A DNA stretch of 64,000 bases, taken from NCBI GenBank assembly GCA_947629315.1, contig CANRDB010000001.1:4829-68828 (forward strand), written 5' to 3'. Under the pieces are notes generated by a model. The model saw nothing but the letters and a program-made list of their open reading frames with translations. It was not told the origin of the DNA and ran no database searches. The DNA is from an uncultured Bacilli bacterium (GTDB lineage: Bacteria > Bacillota_I > Bacilli_A > RF39 > UBA660). Below are positions 1-12,615 of the stretch, piece after piece; position 1 is the stretch's first letter; each line of letters opens with the position of its first letter. A program made the translations under genes and the position numbers.

Positions 1-1217
1 TTTCTTTTTTCTTGATGGATATCTAGTTCTAATCGTTTCATTTGAAGAAAATCAGTTGTTTTTACAACGGTTGAACCTACCTTTACCATCGCCTCCAAAG
101 GAATTTGAATAAGACAACCACTACTGGCCTCTTTCACTCTCTTTTTACCAAGATAAATGACATCTATTTCTTTTCCTACATCCTCTTTTCCTAAGATGCG
201 AATTCCATCCTGAACATGGATATCAGCAGACAATTTAATTTCTACGGTCGTCGGAGTTTTTTTGGTAACTACCCCTACCGGTACTCCCATATGATTGGGT
301 CTATATTCATTGATAAATTGGTGATAATCCTCATGAAATAAAAAGCCTTTTGTAAATCCTCTATTGAAGATCTGTAACAATTCTTCTTGATCTTGGGAAG
401 ATATCTCTATTTTTCCTGTTTGAACATAGGAGTCAATTGCTTTTCGATAAATAGAAGTAACCACATATACATATTCCGGTCTTTTCATTCTTCCTTCTAT
501 TTTGAAACTATCCACATGATTGTCAATTAAAGAAGAAAGATTTTCAAGAGTATTTAAATCTTTCGTACTTAATAAATAAGAATTGGTATTCTTTTTCTTA
601 CCATCCACAAGTAAATCGTAAGGTTGTCGACAACATTGTGCACAAGTTCCACGATTTCCACTTCTTCCTCCAATTAAACTACTCATTAAGCACTGACCAG
701 AATAGGAAATACAAAGGGATCCATGGATAAAGATTTCCATTTCTAAAGAAGTATGTTCCCGTATTTTTTTGACCAGTTCAATAGGTGTTTCTCGCGCTAA
801 TACCACCCGCTTGATTCCTAATTCTTCTAGTAGTTTTACACCCTCTAAATTGTGGACATGCATTTGGGTAGAAGCATGAATTTCTAACGAAGGATACAAT
901 TGATGAAGTAAATCCATCATACCTAAATCTTGGACAATTACCGCATCCGCAGAAATCGTTTGCAGAAACTCTACATATTCCAAAAAATGTTTTACTTCCG
1001 ATTCGTAGATTAAGGTATTAATAGTAACATATACTTTTACACCATATAAATGGGCATACGTAATGGCTTCTTTTAATTGTTGCTCATTAAAATTGGTCGC
1101 AAAACTACGCGCACCGTACAAATTTCCCGCTAAATAAACTGCATCACATCCACCTTGAATGGCAGCATACAAACTTTCCATACTACCTGCTGGCGCTAAC
1201 AACTCTGGCTTTTTCAT
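1..1217 (-). CDS. Peptidase U32 family protein (collagenase-like; YegQ/PrtC-type), 3' end runs off window
   Basis: Minus-strand translation starts at ATG 1217..1215 and reads MKKPELLAPAGSMESLYAAIQGGCDAVYLAGNLYGAR..., the canonical U32 N-terminus. The ORF stays open to the window edge and is absent from the track only because it is truncated. Confidence 0.65.
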   Translation of the reverse strand, partial: MKKPELLAPAGSMESLYAAIQGGCDAVYLAGNLYGARSFATNFNEQQLKEAITYAHLYGVKVYVTINTLIYESEVKHFLEYVEFLQTISADAVIVQDLGMMDLLHQLYPSLEIHASTQMHVHNLEGVKLLEELGIKRVVLARETPIELVKKIREHTSLEMEIFIHGSLCISYSGQCLMSSLIGGRSGNRGTCAQCCRQPYDLLVDGKKKNTNSYLLSTKDLNTLENLSSLIDNHVDSFKIEGRMKRPEYVYVVTSIYRKAIDSYVQTGKIEISSQDQEELLQIFNRGFTKGFLFHEDYHQFINEYRPNHMGVPVGVVTKKTPTTVEIKLSADIHVQDGIRILGKEDVGKEIDVIYLGKKRVKEASSGCLIQIPLEAMVKVGSTVVKTTDFLQMKRLELDIHQEKR

Positions 1218-1274
1218 AAGACATCTCCATTCCCTCTTATTATATAGAAAAAAAGAAGATTTGAAAACGTTTTT

Positions 1275-2099
1275 TCAATCTTCTTTGATATGATTTGTTA
1301 AAGGGGCAATCGTTAACCCACGCGATTCAATATAGGAAACAATATTTGGAAATTCCTCTAGGAATTGATTAGTCACTTCATACGTCAAAAAAGTCCCCGG
1401 CTTTAAAATTTTCTTGGTCGTCTGTAATGGTTTATGACGAATTACTTGCTCGGTAGTAATAGAATAATAGTGATAATCCTGACAGAGCGTATGGAGTTGT
1501 TCATCTTGTGTAGCGCTAAAGCAAAGGAGTGGTTCTTGTTGATAGGTAAGAAGTTTCTGTCTCATGGCAAGAAAATCTTTTTCTTGATGATCTGTTAAGA
1601 GAATTTGATGACCATTTTGAATAGCCTGTTCTATTACTTCAGATTGACTTTGAAATTGATAATTCTGTAATACCAAAGACACCTTATAATCGCCTAATTT
1701 CTCTAAAACAGAAGACAAATTTTTATGATCAGTCAGAAGGATGATACTCACCATTTTTTTCTTCGCATTGCCATAGGGAATCCATTTGTCTAAATAATTA
1801 TCTAAATTAGATACCGGTTTCGTCTTTACATACTGTAAATAATCTGGATTGTAAGTACCTATCTTTTGCATTTCTCGGTAGCTCGCATCTACATCTACTT
1901 TCATAGATGGCAGTCCTGGAACTACAAATGAGTCAAAAACTAAAGCATTTTCTCCTTCCTTTTGGTATTGATTTTGATCACTCTTAATTTGAACCATAAT
2001 ATCATCTACTTCTTTGACGACGGTAGCTGTTTGATTGGTTAAGAAAAAACTAAAACAAAGAAGCGCCAAAATCCCGATATATTCAAAAAAACGTTTCAT
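1275..2099 (-). CDS. Hypothetical membrane-anchored/secreted protein (possibly a divergent polysaccharide deacetylase/YibQ-like); start probably at MKRFFEYIGIL
   Basis: 286-aa ORF with an N-terminal hydrophobic segment. No clear catalytic motif was recognised. Confidence 0.35.
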   Translation of the reverse strand: MKRFFEYIGILALLCFSFFLTNQTATVVKEVDDIMVQIKSDQNQYQKEGENALVFDSFVVPGLPSMKVDVDASYREMQKIGTYNPDYLQYVKTKPVSNLDNYLDKWIPYGNAKKKMVSIILLTDHKNLSSVLEKLGDYKVSLVLQNYQFQSQSEVIEQAIQNGHQILLTDHQEKDFLAMRQKLLTYQQEPLLCFSATQDEQLHTLCQDYHYYSITTEQVIRHKPLQTTKKILKPGTFLTYEVTNQFLEEFPNIVSYIESRGLTIAPLTNHIKED

Positions 2100-2188
2100 A
2101 AACCACCTACTAGAGTATATGAAAAAGGATATCATTTATCACTAATCACCAAAACAAAATCCCTGCATATTCTATTCATGAAAGGAGA

Positions 2189-2434
2189 ATGTCTATGTTT
2201 AACAATAGCAATAACATGGTTCCAAATCCTAGTATGCCAGTCTCTTACTCTCCTGCTGTCCAGGATGAACGTGTTGGGTTTTTGGGTCCATTCTTATTAG
2301 GAGGCATTACGGGAGGACTCGTTGCCCCTTTCTTCTATGGCGGAAATTATGGGGGAAACTACGGTGGTTATAACCCTCCATACTATACCAATAATTACTA
2401 CTACCCACCTTATCCATACTATGGACCTTATTAA
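2189..2434 (+). CDS. Small Gly/Tyr/Pro-rich protein (possible spore-coat-type low-complexity protein)
   Basis: 81-aa ORF preceded by an AAAGGAGAA ribosome-binding site. C-terminal half is GGNYGGNYGGYNPPYYTNNYYYPPYPYYGPY. Confidence 0.45.
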   Translation: MSMFNNSNNMVPNPSMPVSYSPAVQDERVGFLGPFLLGGITGGLVAPFFYGGNYGGNYGGYNPPYYTNNYYYPPYPYYGPY

Positions 2435-2532
2435 AAAGTACTGACATGGTAAACTAATTTACCAATCAATTTTTTTAGAAAGAAAATGGGTGGCGAAGAA
2501 CTGCACCAAAAAAGTCCAACCAATGGACTTTT

Positions 2533-3219
2533 TCATTTGCCTAAATATTGAAAAATTTGACTCATATCGACACTATATTCTTTATAGTTATGAGGATTAA
2601 CATACACTGGTACTTGTCTAATCTGATATTGATCTAAAACAGAATCAATTTCTTGAAAGAACCATTCACTTTGAAAGTGATAAAGGATTTGATTCTCAGG
2701 ATTTTGATACTGAGCTTCTAACCGATACGGATGTCTTCCATTAATCGTTACCTGCTCATCCAAAGATACATCCTCAATTTTTGCATAAATAATAAAATGA
2801 TAAGAAAAAATTCTTTTCTTTTTATAGGATATATAAATAGGAATCGATAAGAAGATACAACCGATTAGAGCAAAGATTCCACCGGAGAGAATAAAAACCC
2901 ATAGAGGTGCTTCCTTGATAGCGAACTCTACTATTCGATGGGGATTATTAGAGTCATAGTAGATGGTTATCTTCTCCCCCTCTTCCATCGAAGCAGAAGT
3001 AGGAAGTTTTTCTCTATAAATATCATCACCGATAGTGTATTGAACATATACAGAGCGATTGCCATTTTCATCCGTTTCCACTTTAGTCACAATGGCTTCT
3101 TTTTCAAGATAGGTACTCATCGACTTTTGAACGCTCCAAAAGGCAACCAACTCTATCGACCCTACGAGTACAAAAATAACCCCCATGAATGTTAATATTT
3201 GTTTCATACTATTCACCAT
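2533..3219 (-). CDS. DUF3592-like membrane protein
   Basis: 228 aa with an N-terminal TM, a soluble domain (KVETDENGNRSVYVQYTIGDDIY...) and a second TM. Confidence 0.4.
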   Translation of the reverse strand: MVNSMKQILTFMGVIFVLVGSIELVAFWSVQKSMSTYLEKEAIVTKVETDENGNRSVYVQYTIGDDIYREKLPTSASMEEGEKITIYYDSNNPHRIVEFAIKEAPLWVFILSGGIFALIGCIFLSIPIYISYKKKRIFSYHFIIYAKIEDVSLDEQVTINGRHPYRLEAQYQNPENQILYHFQSEWFFQEIDSVLDQYQIRQVPVYVNPHNYKEYSVDMSQIFQYLGK

Positions 3220-3257
3220 TATTAGTATACCATGATTTTTCTAAATAAAAAAGGAAG

Positions 3258-4826
3258 CTATTTTGCTTCCTCTGTTGCTCTAGTTTCTCGAATGACAGTA
3301 ACCTTGATAGTACCAGGATATTGTAACTTTTCCTCAATTTGATTTTTGATATCACGAGCCACTTTATGACTAGCTACATCATCAATCTCTTCTGGTTTTA
3401 CCACTACACGAAGTTCACGACCTGCCTGCATAGCATAAGCTTTATCAACTCCAGAGATATCATTAGCAATCTCTTCCAAATCATGAAGTCTTTGCACATA
3501 GTTCTCAAGAGAATCATTTCTAGCACCAGGTCTACTCGCAGATACAGCATCCGCAATCGCCACTAATTCCGAAATAACGGAAGTAGGTGCGGTATCCCCG
3601 TGATGAGATTCAATGGCATTGATAACAACACTATTTTCTTTATAGCGTTTAGCAAGAGAACTACCAATCTCGACATGGCTACCTTCCATTTCATGATCAA
3701 TGGCTTTTCCAATATCATGAAGTAAACCAGCTCTTTTAGCAAGCATGACATTCTCCCCTAACTCGGCAGCCATAATTCCCGCTAAATGAGCGACCTCAAT
3801 AGAATGGGTCAACACATTTTGACCATAACTGGTTCTAAAATGCAATTTTCCTAATGTCTCAATGAGTTCGGAATCCATCTTCGTAATTCCTAATTCAAAT
3901 AAGGCTGCTTCTCCATACTCTAATATCTTTGCTTTCATCTCTTTTGCCGTCTTATCGTATATTTCTTCAATTCGTGCGGGATGAATTCGACCATCTTTAA
4001 TTAACGTTTCAATCGTCACCCGTGCAATTTCACGACGTAATGGATCAAAACTAGAAAGAACAATTGCCTCTGGAGTATCATCAATAATTAAATCGACACC
4101 CGTTACAGCTTCAATCGTTCGTATATTTCGTCCCTCTCTACCAATAATTCGACCTTTCATGTCCTCACTTGGTAAATCGACTACCGTTACGGTTTGCTCT
4201 GAAGATACATCACTAGCATATCGTTGCATCGAAGAAATGAGCATACTTTTCGCATTTCGATCAGCCACTAATGCGGCTTCTGCCTCTTGCTCCTTAATAT
4301 AAGTAGCAATTTCTAATGACATCTCTTCTTCTACTTTTTTCATGACAATTTCTCTAGCTTGTTCTTGATTATATCCTGCAATTTTTTCCAGTAACTCATA
4401 TTGTTGTTTTTTTATTTCTTCCACTTTTGCTTGTTCGTCTTGGATATCATTTTGTTTACTAATAAGATTATTTTCTTTCTCCTCTAAAAGATTTTCCCGA
4501 TTTTGAAGAGACTGATCCCGTCTATTAATATTCTCTTCACGAGAATCCAAGCGTTGCTCTGTCTTCTTTAATTCATTTTTTCTCTCGCGAATCTCTTCCT
4601 CGGCTTTTTTCGTAAGTTGGTTAGCTTCCTCTTTCGCTTCCGCTAAATAATCTTTTTTTATTTGTTCTGCCTCTAATTTGGCATTTCCTAATAAATCTTC
4701 CACTTTCTCAGCTGTCTTTATATTCCGTACATAATGGAAGATAAACATTACAATTATTCCAACAACAAGTCCTGCTAGGACTAGCAAAATGGAGATTAAA
4801 ATATCTGGCATACTTAACTCCTCCAT
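3258..4826 (-). CDS. rny: Ribonuclease Y
   Basis: 522 aa with N-terminal TM, coiled coil, KH domain ([12 protein letters not shown]) and HD domain ([17 protein letters not shown]...LLHDIGKA). GGAGG ribosome-binding site upstream. Confidence 0.92.
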   Translation of the reverse strand: MEELSMPDILISILLVLAGLVVGIIVMFIFHYVRNIKTAEKVEDLLGNAKLEAEQIKKDYLAEAKEEANQLTKKAEEEIRERKNELKKTEQRLDSREENINRRDQSLQNRENLLEEKENNLISKQNDIQDEQAKVEEIKKQQYELLEKIAGYNQEQAREIVMKKVEEEMSLEIATYIKEQEAEAALVADRNAKSMLISSMQRYASDVSSEQTVTVVDLPSEDMKGRIIGREGRNIRTIEAVTGVDLIIDDTPEAIVLSSFDPLRREIARVTIETLIKDGRIHPARIEEIYDKTAKEMKAKILEYGEAALFELGITKMDSELIETLGKLHFRTSYGQNVLTHSIEVAHLAGIMAAELGENVMLAKRAGLLHDIGKAIDHEMEGSHVEIGSSLAKRYKENSVVINAIESHHGDTAPTSVISELVAIADAVSASRPGARNDSLENYVQRLHDLEEIANDISGVDKAYAMQAGRELRVVVKPEEIDDVASHKVARDIKNQIEEKLQYPGTIKVTVIRETRATEEAK

Positions 4827-4863
4827 TTCTAAATATCAAGTGATTATCAACCACTCTAGTAAT

Positions 4864-4893
4864 ATTGTAAAATGGATTGCTTAATAAGTCAAG
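4864..4893 (-). promoter_or_regulatory. Sigma-A-type promoter upstream of rny (TTGACT-17-TACAAT)
   Basis: On the minus strand: cTTGACTtattaagcaatccatttTACAATatt, followed by GGAGG and the rny ATG. Confidence 0.45.
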
Positions 4894-4963
4894 AAAAAAG
4901 TACAGGAGCTCATGTCTTTTTTAGTGAAAAAGACAAAAGAAAAGCAAAAGAATCACTTATCGT

Positions 4964-5986
4964 TTATTCTTCTGCTCCACCGATTGCAAGAGTGTCATGA
5001 CTAGCATAATATTCTCTTACTTTCGCTTCAATCTCATCCTTTTTATCAGGATTTTTCTTTAACCATTCCTTTACATTTTCTTTACCTTGCCCTACTTTTT
5101 CACCTTCGTAAGCATACCAAGAGCCACTTTTCTCTAAAATACCTGCTTCGGCTCCTAAATCGACAAGTTCACTAGTTATCGAAACTCCCTCACCATACAT
5201 AATATCAACTGTACAAGTTTTAAAAGGAGGTGCCATCTTATTCTTAACAACTTTAATATTGGCTTTATTACCAATAATGTCAGTACCTAACTTAATTTGT
5301 TCCCCTCTTCTAATTTCAAGTCGCACAGAGGCATAAAACTTTAAAGCACGTCCACCAGGAGTTGTCTCAGGATTTCCATACATCACGCCGACTTTTTCAC
5401 GCAATTGGTTAATGAAAATACAAACCGTATTGGTTTTATTGATGACACCAGACAATTTTCGCAATGCCTGACTCATCAAACGAGCTTGTAAACCAACGTG
5501 AGAATCTCCCATCTCTCCCTCGATTTCTGCTTGAGGAACTAAAGCGGCAACAGAGTCAATTACGATAACACTAATAGCACCACTACGAACAAGTGCTTCA
5601 CAAATCTCCAATGCTTGTTCTCCATTATCGGGTTGACTCAATAATAACTCGTGAATATCTACCCCTATTTTAGCAGCATATTGTGGGTCTAAAGCATGTT
5701 CAGCATCGATAAAAGCAGCACGTCCACCTCTCTTTTGAGCCTCCGCAATGGCATGAAGCGCAAACGTTGTTTTACCACTAGATTCAGGCCCGTAAATTTC
5801 AATAATTCTTCCCTTGGGATAACCACCAATTCCGAGGGCAGCATCTAACGATACTGAACCACTAGGAATGGTATCGATTTTCTGATGTTCATGTTCTCCT
5901 AATTTCATCACAGCACCTTTACCGAATTGCTTTTCAATATCTGCCATGACTTGATCAAGTGTTTTATCACCAGATGTCTTTACCAT
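4964..5986 (-). CDS. recA: Recombinase A
   Basis: 340 aa with Walker [10 protein letters not shown] and the conserved RecA core ([29 protein letters not shown]). Confidence 0.97.
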   Translation of the reverse strand: MVKTSGDKTLDQVMADIEKQFGKGAVMKLGEHEHQKIDTIPSGSVSLDAALGIGGYPKGRIIEIYGPESSGKTTFALHAIAEAQKRGGRAAFIDAEHALDPQYAAKIGVDIHELLLSQPDNGEQALEICEALVRSGAISVIVIDSVAALVPQAEIEGEMGDSHVGLQARLMSQALRKLSGVINKTNTVCIFINQLREKVGVMYGNPETTPGGRALKFYASVRLEIRRGEQIKLGTDIIGNKANIKVVKNKMAPPFKTCTVDIMYGEGVSITSELVDLGAEAGILEKSGSWYAYEGEKVGQGKENVKEWLKKNPDKKDEIEAKVREYYASHDTLAIGGAEE

Positions 5987-6083
5987 AAATCTTCCTCCTT
6001 CAATCTTTCATGTCTTCATTATACTACTGGATATTTTTCTTGTCAATAGTTTTCGCGAACAAATGTATGTAATTTTTGTATCT

Positions 6084-6602
6084 TTATTTTTCCACTTTTT
6101 CTATTTTATCAACACGATACTTATGCATTTTTTTATATTGGCGCAATTTTGTAACCCAAAAATAAAAAACTGCTAAATAAAGACTATTCCACAAGATAGA
6201 AGAAACAATGCTTTGAAAATAAATGGACCATTGCCACATAGACATTCCTAAAAGAACAAAGAACACCGCTAGTACAGTACGATATAACCATATAATAGTC
6301 ATGCCGACTAAATAGGTATTCATAAAATCTATCGCTATATAGTGAAAAATCGTATGAACAAGGTAACTCACTCCTAAAAAAAGCAAAGCATGTAAAAATA
6401 AGGTATTCGTATAAGAAATATCATATAGAGCACCCAAGAGAAAAGCAATGCTATAATAAAACTTTTTAGATTGCCGAAAATAAGGATAAATAATAACTAG
6501 CGATAATAAAGTACAGAGAGGTTGCAATACTGTATGAGGCGAAACTGTACATAAAAGTATATCATCTAGTAGAAAAGACGACAATAAGACGATATAAATC
6601 AC
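6084..6602 (-). CDS. mreD: Rod shape-determining protein MreD (polytopic membrane protein)
   Basis: 172-aa multi-TM ORF overlapping the 3' end of mreC by 4 nt, the typical mreC-mreD operon position. Confidence 0.6.
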   Translation of the reverse strand: MIYIVLLSSFLLDDILLCTVSPHTVLQPLCTLLSLVIIYPYFRQSKKFYYSIAFLLGALYDISYTNTLFLHALLFLGVSYLVHTIFHYIAIDFMNTYLVGMTIIWLYRTVLAVFFVLLGMSMWQWSIYFQSIVSSILWNSLYLAVFYFWVTKLRQYKKMHKYRVDKIEKVEK

Positions 6603-7450
6603 GAAGCATCGACCTCCCGAACCAAAACAGTAACAAACGACAAATCTCCCGTAGAAGCACTTGGTTTTACAGAAACCTCTTTTGCTAAATCAAAACTATC
6701 CGTCGATACATCTTGAACGGTACCAATGAATAAACCGCTTGGAAAACGATCACTTAATCCCGTCGTCGTCACTTTCGCACTGATTGGAATATCAACATAA
6801 TCACTAATTCCCTCAATTTTATAAGTTTGCGTCTTCGCATCATAACCAGTCAATAAACCATACGCATATTTTCCTTTTGTCAATTCTATTTTCACAGATA
6901 CCTGATTCTCCAAATGTGGACTAGTTAACAACTTCACCGTACTCGTATGGGCACTAGTTTGGGAAATATAACCAATCACACCACCATTTCCCATAACCGC
7001 CATATCTACCTGAAGACCATCTTTCTCTCCTTTATTAATCGTAAATGAAGATAACCAATAAGTGGCATCTCTACCGATAACAGAAGCATGAACCACTTGA
7101 TATTGAGATAAAGAAGCATCCATTTCTAACAATTTTTTCAATTCTTCATTTTCCTTGGTCAATTCCTCAATCGTCGCTCTATTTTGTTCTTCCGATTGAT
7201 AGTCCCGCTCTAACTGTTCATGTTCTTCCACCAATTGATCGTATTTGGAAAAGAACGATAACTTATCTTGAAGAAATCGAACGGGTGTCGCAAAAATATT
7301 TCCTACTACCAAGACCGTATCTTTCACACCTTTTTCAATCCAAGATAATTTTCTATTTACAGAAATAGAATAAGCCGTAACTCCTAATAGGAATGTAATG
7401 ATAACGATCCCAATGATACCGTACTTTTTCCAGTTCTTTTGAAATTTCAT
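6599..7450 (-). CDS. mreC: Rod shape-determining protein MreC
   Basis: 283 aa with an N-terminal TM, a coiled-coil region (EEHEQLERDYQSEEQNRATIEELTKENEELKKL) and a beta-rich C-terminal domain. Confidence 0.8.
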   Translation of the reverse strand: MKFQKNWKKYGIIGIVIITFLLGVTAYSISVNRKLSWIEKGVKDTVLVVGNIFATPVRFLQDKLSFFSKYDQLVEEHEQLERDYQSEEQNRATIEELTKENEELKKLLEMDASLSQYQVVHASVIGRDATYWLSSFTINKGEKDGLQVDMAVMGNGGVIGYISQTSAHTSTVKLLTSPHLENQVSVKIELTKGKYAYGLLTGYDAKTQTYKIEGISDYVDIPISAKVTTTGLSDRFPSGLFIGTVQDVSTDSFDLAKEVSVKPSASTGDLSFVTVLVREVDAS

Positions 7451-7454
7451 CCTC

Positions 7455-8150
7455 TCACCTAACTTCTTCCTGTATTTTATTCTCTAAAAAACTATAATAG
7501 TTATGCTTTCCTATAATAATATGATCCAACATTTTTATTCCTAAGATTTCTCCTACTTGTTCTAATTTTTCGGTCAATTCTATATCTTCCCGACTTGGAA
7601 GAACATTCCCAGAGGGATGGTTATGACAACAAATAATCGCACTAGCAGAAACGCGATAAGCTTCTTTAAAAATCTCTCTTGGATGAACCACACTATAATT
7701 AATAGTTCCTACAAAAAGTTGTTTATCGCCAATAATCTGTTTAGCAGTATCTAGATAAACAACATAAAAATATTCCTGTTTCTTATTCCCTATCCGAGGG
7801 CGATAATATTCATAGACCATTTGACTACTCGTTAATTTTTGATGCTTGATATCGGTCTGTTCTCTCTCCATACGACGCGAAAGTTCTAGAGATGCCAACA
7901 ACGTACAAGCTTTTGAACGACCAATCCCTTTCATGTCCACTAACTGCTCATACGATAACTCTGCTAGTGCAGGAAGAGAATCCACTTTTTTCAACAATTG
8001 ACATGCCAAATCTTTAGAAGACTGATTCTGATAACCCGTCTTCAACAAAATAGCCAATAATTCTTCATTGGATAAGTTCTCTACTCCATAATGTTCTAAT
8101 TTTTCATAAGGCCTTTCTAATACCGGTAATTCTCTAATCTTCACTACCAT
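7455..8150 (-). CDS. radC: RadC-family JAB/MPN domain protein (UPF0758)
   Basis: Helix-hairpin-helix N-terminus plus the JAMM motif HNHPSG and SREDIELTEKL. The longest ORF starts at 8165, but MVVKIRELP (8150) is the more likely start. Confidence 0.85.
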   Translation of the reverse strand: MVVKIRELPVLERPYEKLEHYGVENLSNEELLAILLKTGYQNQSSKDLACQLLKKVDSLPALAELSYEQLVDMKGIGRSKACTLLASLELSRRMEREQTDIKHQKLTSSQMVYEYYRPRIGNKKQEYFYVVYLDTAKQIIGDKQLFVGTINYSVVHPREIFKEAYRVSASAIICCHNHPSGNVLPSREDIELTEKLEQVGEILGIKMLDHIIIGKHNYYSFLENKIQEEVR

Positions 8151-8598
8151 TGACATATTCCTCATATTTTTCTAAAATTTGACTACTGATAGAAGAAATA
8201 ACAACCCCATCATCTGTACCTTGTAAAATCATATCATAATTTTGTAGAGACTTTAAAAACGTTGGATTGGTAACCAAAAACTCTTCTGTAATCGTATGAT
8301 AACCAATAGAACTAAAATAATTATTCATTTTAATCAAGTTGTCAGCATCTTTCGTAATACCGATATAGACATCATATTGACCATTGTTTTCTCGATAGAT
8401 ATAGTTCGTTAACGATAGTGTTTTTTTCTCCATCTCTTCTAAAGAATCATACGTATCATAACGAATAAAATAGAGCATCTCCCCAGAGTTGGAAGTCAAT
8501 TCAAGTCCACGGAAAGATTCATATTGTTCTAGAAATGTTTTTGCTAGAAAAAAACCGACGATTAATGCAATGAATATGGATAAAAAGTATTTTTTCAT
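8134..8598 (-). CDS. Hypothetical membrane-anchored protein
   Basis: ORF 8134..8637; likely start MKKYFLSIFIALIVGFFLA. Overlaps the radC start. Confidence 0.4.
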   Translation of the reverse strand: MKKYFLSIFIALIVGFFLAKTFLEQYESFRGLELTSNSGEMLYFIRYDTYDSLEEMEKKTLSLTNYIYRENNGQYDVYIGITKDADNLIKMNNYFSSIGYHTITEEFLVTNPTFLKSLQNYDMILQGTDDGVVISSISSQILEKYEEYVNGSED

Positions 8599-8733
8599 AA
8601 TATCACCATATTTATTGTATGTCCTCAAACTGTCCAAAAATGTCGAATATAGGTCGAATTATTCAATATAGTAGTATAGCGATTTCCTCCTGCAAAGTCA
8701 ATTATTTTCAAGAAAAAAAGTCGACATTGTCGA

Positions 8734-11040
8734 CTACTCTTCTGAAGAATCTTTATCTCCATATTTCACAAGTACTTCTCTTGGTTTAGAACCATTCTGT
8801 GGTCCTATAATTCCTCGCTCTTCTAATAGGTCAATACAACGAGCTGCACGGTTATATCCTAAACGGAATCTTCTTTGTAATAAAGAAGTACTGGCTTTTC
8901 CCTGTTCTACTACAAAATCTACAATTTCATCATAGAGAGGCTCTTCCATCGCATCTGATTTACTTTCCACACCCGTAATAGCATGCTCCTCTTCTATGGT
9001 CTGTTCTAAAGATTTATCATAATTTGCTTTCTGTTGTTTACATACGAAATCAACAATAGCTTTCGTTTCTTCTTCAGAAATAAATGTTCCTTGAATACGA
9101 ATAGGAGTATTAACACCTTGTGGTAAAAAGAGCATATCTCCTTTTCCTAACAATTTTTCCGCACCAATCATATCCAAAATGGTACGAGAATCGATACCAG
9201 AAGATACGGCAAAGGAAATACGAGAAGGAATATTAGACTTAACAACTCCTGTAATAACATCAGTGGATGGACGTTGCGTCGCTACAATCAAGTGAATTCC
9301 TGCTGCCCGCGCCATTTGCGTAATTCTCATGATAGAATCTTCTACTTCTTTAGCAGCTACTAACATCAAATCCGCTAACTCATCGATAATAACGACAATG
9401 TATGGCATCAATTTTACCTTTTCCTCATCTGGCTTTGACTCATTTTCTTTCATCAAATGCTCATTATAACTGGTGATATTCTTGGTCCCACTACGTTCAA
9501 AAATATCATAACGATTCTCCATCTCAGCCACTATTTTTTGTAAGACAATATTGGCTTTTTTAGGATCTGTGACAACTGGCGTTAATAAGTGAGGAACCCC
9601 ATTATAGACGGATAATTCTACTTTTTTAGGGTCCACTAAAACAAGTTTCACTTCATCTGGTTTTGTACGCATCAAGATAGACGCTAAAATACTATTAATA
9701 CAAACAGACTTACCACTACCAGTAGAACCTGCTACCAATAAGTGAGGCATTTTATTAATTTCTAGGAATCGACATTCTCCTTCAATATCTTTTCCTAATA
9801 CTGCCAATAATTTTTTATCTAAAGATTTATCTTCCTCATTAGCTTTTAAAAGTACTTCTCGTACACCAACCATGGAAATGGTAGGGTTTGGAAGTTCAAT
9901 ACCAACCGTATTCTTACCAGGAATAGGCGCTTGAATACGAACATCTTTGGCCGCTAACGAAAGAGCAATCTCACGGTTAAGACCTAATATCTTACTAACC
10001 CTTGTACCCGCTTTAATCTCTAACTCATATTGAGTTACAGCAGGACCGACTTTCGCACGAACTACTTTTCCCTCAATTCCAAAATCTCTTAGTACTTGTT
10101 CTAGAGTTGGAATATTTTTCTTAATTGCCTCTTGATTTTCCTTATTACTATTTTTCGTTGTCTTATTCAAAAGATTCAATGGTGGATATTCCCAATGAGT
10201 ATTTTCTTCATAGACTTCGACTCTCGTCACTTCTCCCGTCTCTTCATCGACAACCGGTTCCATCTTTGTTTGATGCACTTCTTCTCTTGGGATAACACGA
10301 CGATTATCTTCCTCTACCTTATCATCATCCTCAGATTCATCCTCTTCGTCCTCTGATTCCTCCTCTTCCTCATCGTCATCATCAGCCTCTTCATGCTTAC
10401 GACTAGAGTGTTCCGCAATTTTATGCATCTTTTCCTTAGCCTTCATCAAGGTATCATAAATAGAGATACCTGTAAACATAATGAATCCGCAAATCATCAG
10501 AGCAATCGATACGACAATCGTACCATCTAGTGTTAAAAGAGCAACAAACAAGCTAGAGAAAATCGCACCAATTACTCCCCCTCCTAAATTAGACATAGAA
10601 GAAATGAGAGTATTGCCTTCGCTTTTGACAAAGTGCATAACACTATCAATGGTCTCAGAAACAACCGTCGTCGTATCTTTTACCAATTGAAAATGTTTGA
10701 CATCAATATTCTCTAAATGATTTAAATATGCCGTATGTGATAAAATTAACGCACAAATGAGCATAATATAAAGCCCTAAAAATTTAACATTTAAAAAGTC
10801 TGGACGTTCCCGACGGATAATCATAAAAATACCACAGATTCCTACTACAACTAGTAAAATTGCCCACCAAGTTCCCACTAAGAAAGCAGCAAACCCTTTA
10901 ATGATATCCGCAACAATTCCAAAAGGACAACATCCAATAATCGCAATTAATACTAAACCAAAACCTTTTAGTTCTGACAAATTTGTAGATTTTTCCTCTT
11001 TTGCTTTTTTCTTTTGTTTCTTCTTTTCCATCGTCATCAC
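8734..11040 (-). CDS. ftsK: DNA translocase FtsK/SpoIIIE
   Basis: 768 aa with N-terminal TM segments, an acidic linker ([18 protein letters not shown]), an FtsK ATPase domain ([17 protein letters not shown], Walker [12 protein letters not shown]) and a C-terminal gamma winged-helix domain. Confidence 0.95.
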   Translation of the reverse strand: MMTMEKKKQKKKAKEEKSTNLSELKGFGLVLIAIIGCCPFGIVADIIKGFAAFLVGTWWAILLVVVGICGIFMIIRRERPDFLNVKFLGLYIMLICALILSHTAYLNHLENIDVKHFQLVKDTTTVVSETIDSVMHFVKSEGNTLISSMSNLGGGVIGAIFSSLFVALLTLDGTIVVSIALMICGFIMFTGISIYDTLMKAKEKMHKIAEHSSRKHEEADDDDEEEEESEDEEDESEDDDKVEEDNRRVIPREEVHQTKMEPVVDEETGEVTRVEVYEENTHWEYPPLNLLNKTTKNSNKENQEAIKKNIPTLEQVLRDFGIEGKVVRAKVGPAVTQYELEIKAGTRVSKILGLNREIALSLAAKDVRIQAPIPGKNTVGIELPNPTISMVGVREVLLKANEEDKSLDKKLLAVLGKDIEGECRFLEINKMPHLLVAGSTGSGKSVCINSILASILMRTKPDEVKLVLVDPKKVELSVYNGVPHLLTPVVTDPKKANIVLQKIVAEMENRYDIFERSGTKNITSYNEHLMKENESKPDEEKVKLMPYIVVIIDELADLMLVAAKEVEDSIMRITQMARAAGIHLIVATQRPSTDVITGVVKSNIPSRISFAVSSGIDSRTILDMIGAEKLLGKGDMLFLPQGVNTPIRIQGTFISEEETKAIVDFVCKQQKANYDKSLEQTIEEEHAITGVESKSDAMEEPLYDEIVDFVVEQGKASTSLLQRRFRLGYNRAARCIDLLEERGIIGPQNGSKPREVLVKYGDKDSSEE

Positions 11041-11274
11041 CTATATTATAAGTATACCATAAAATCAGGCCGTAGAGAAGAAAAAAGAAAATAGAATTAA
11101 CTATTTTCTGCTCTATTTTCAGTATCGTTTAAATTATCATTGTATATTTCATAAATTTTAGGTCCAAATAATACAGCAATCAAAACAATAATAATTACAA
11201 TAATAATAAACTTTGGCGCTGGATTTTTCATATGTGGGTCTCTTCTACTACCCATATTGTCATGTGCTGGCATA

Positions 11275-12516
<1,242 letters not shown>

Positions 12517-12615
12517 CTACGATTTCATTTTATCATATTTTTCTATAAAAAAGAAGATTTTCATCATATTCCTCAAAATTTTTTCATACACTTTATTGAA
12601 AAAAGGAGGAAACAG

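Noticed and set aside
3339-3751. Small ORFs antisense within rny, and similar small ORFs inside ftsK, eno, polA and the ABC transporter
   Set aside because: Embedded in or opposite strongly supported conserved genes. They have the typical AT-rich spurious ORF composition.
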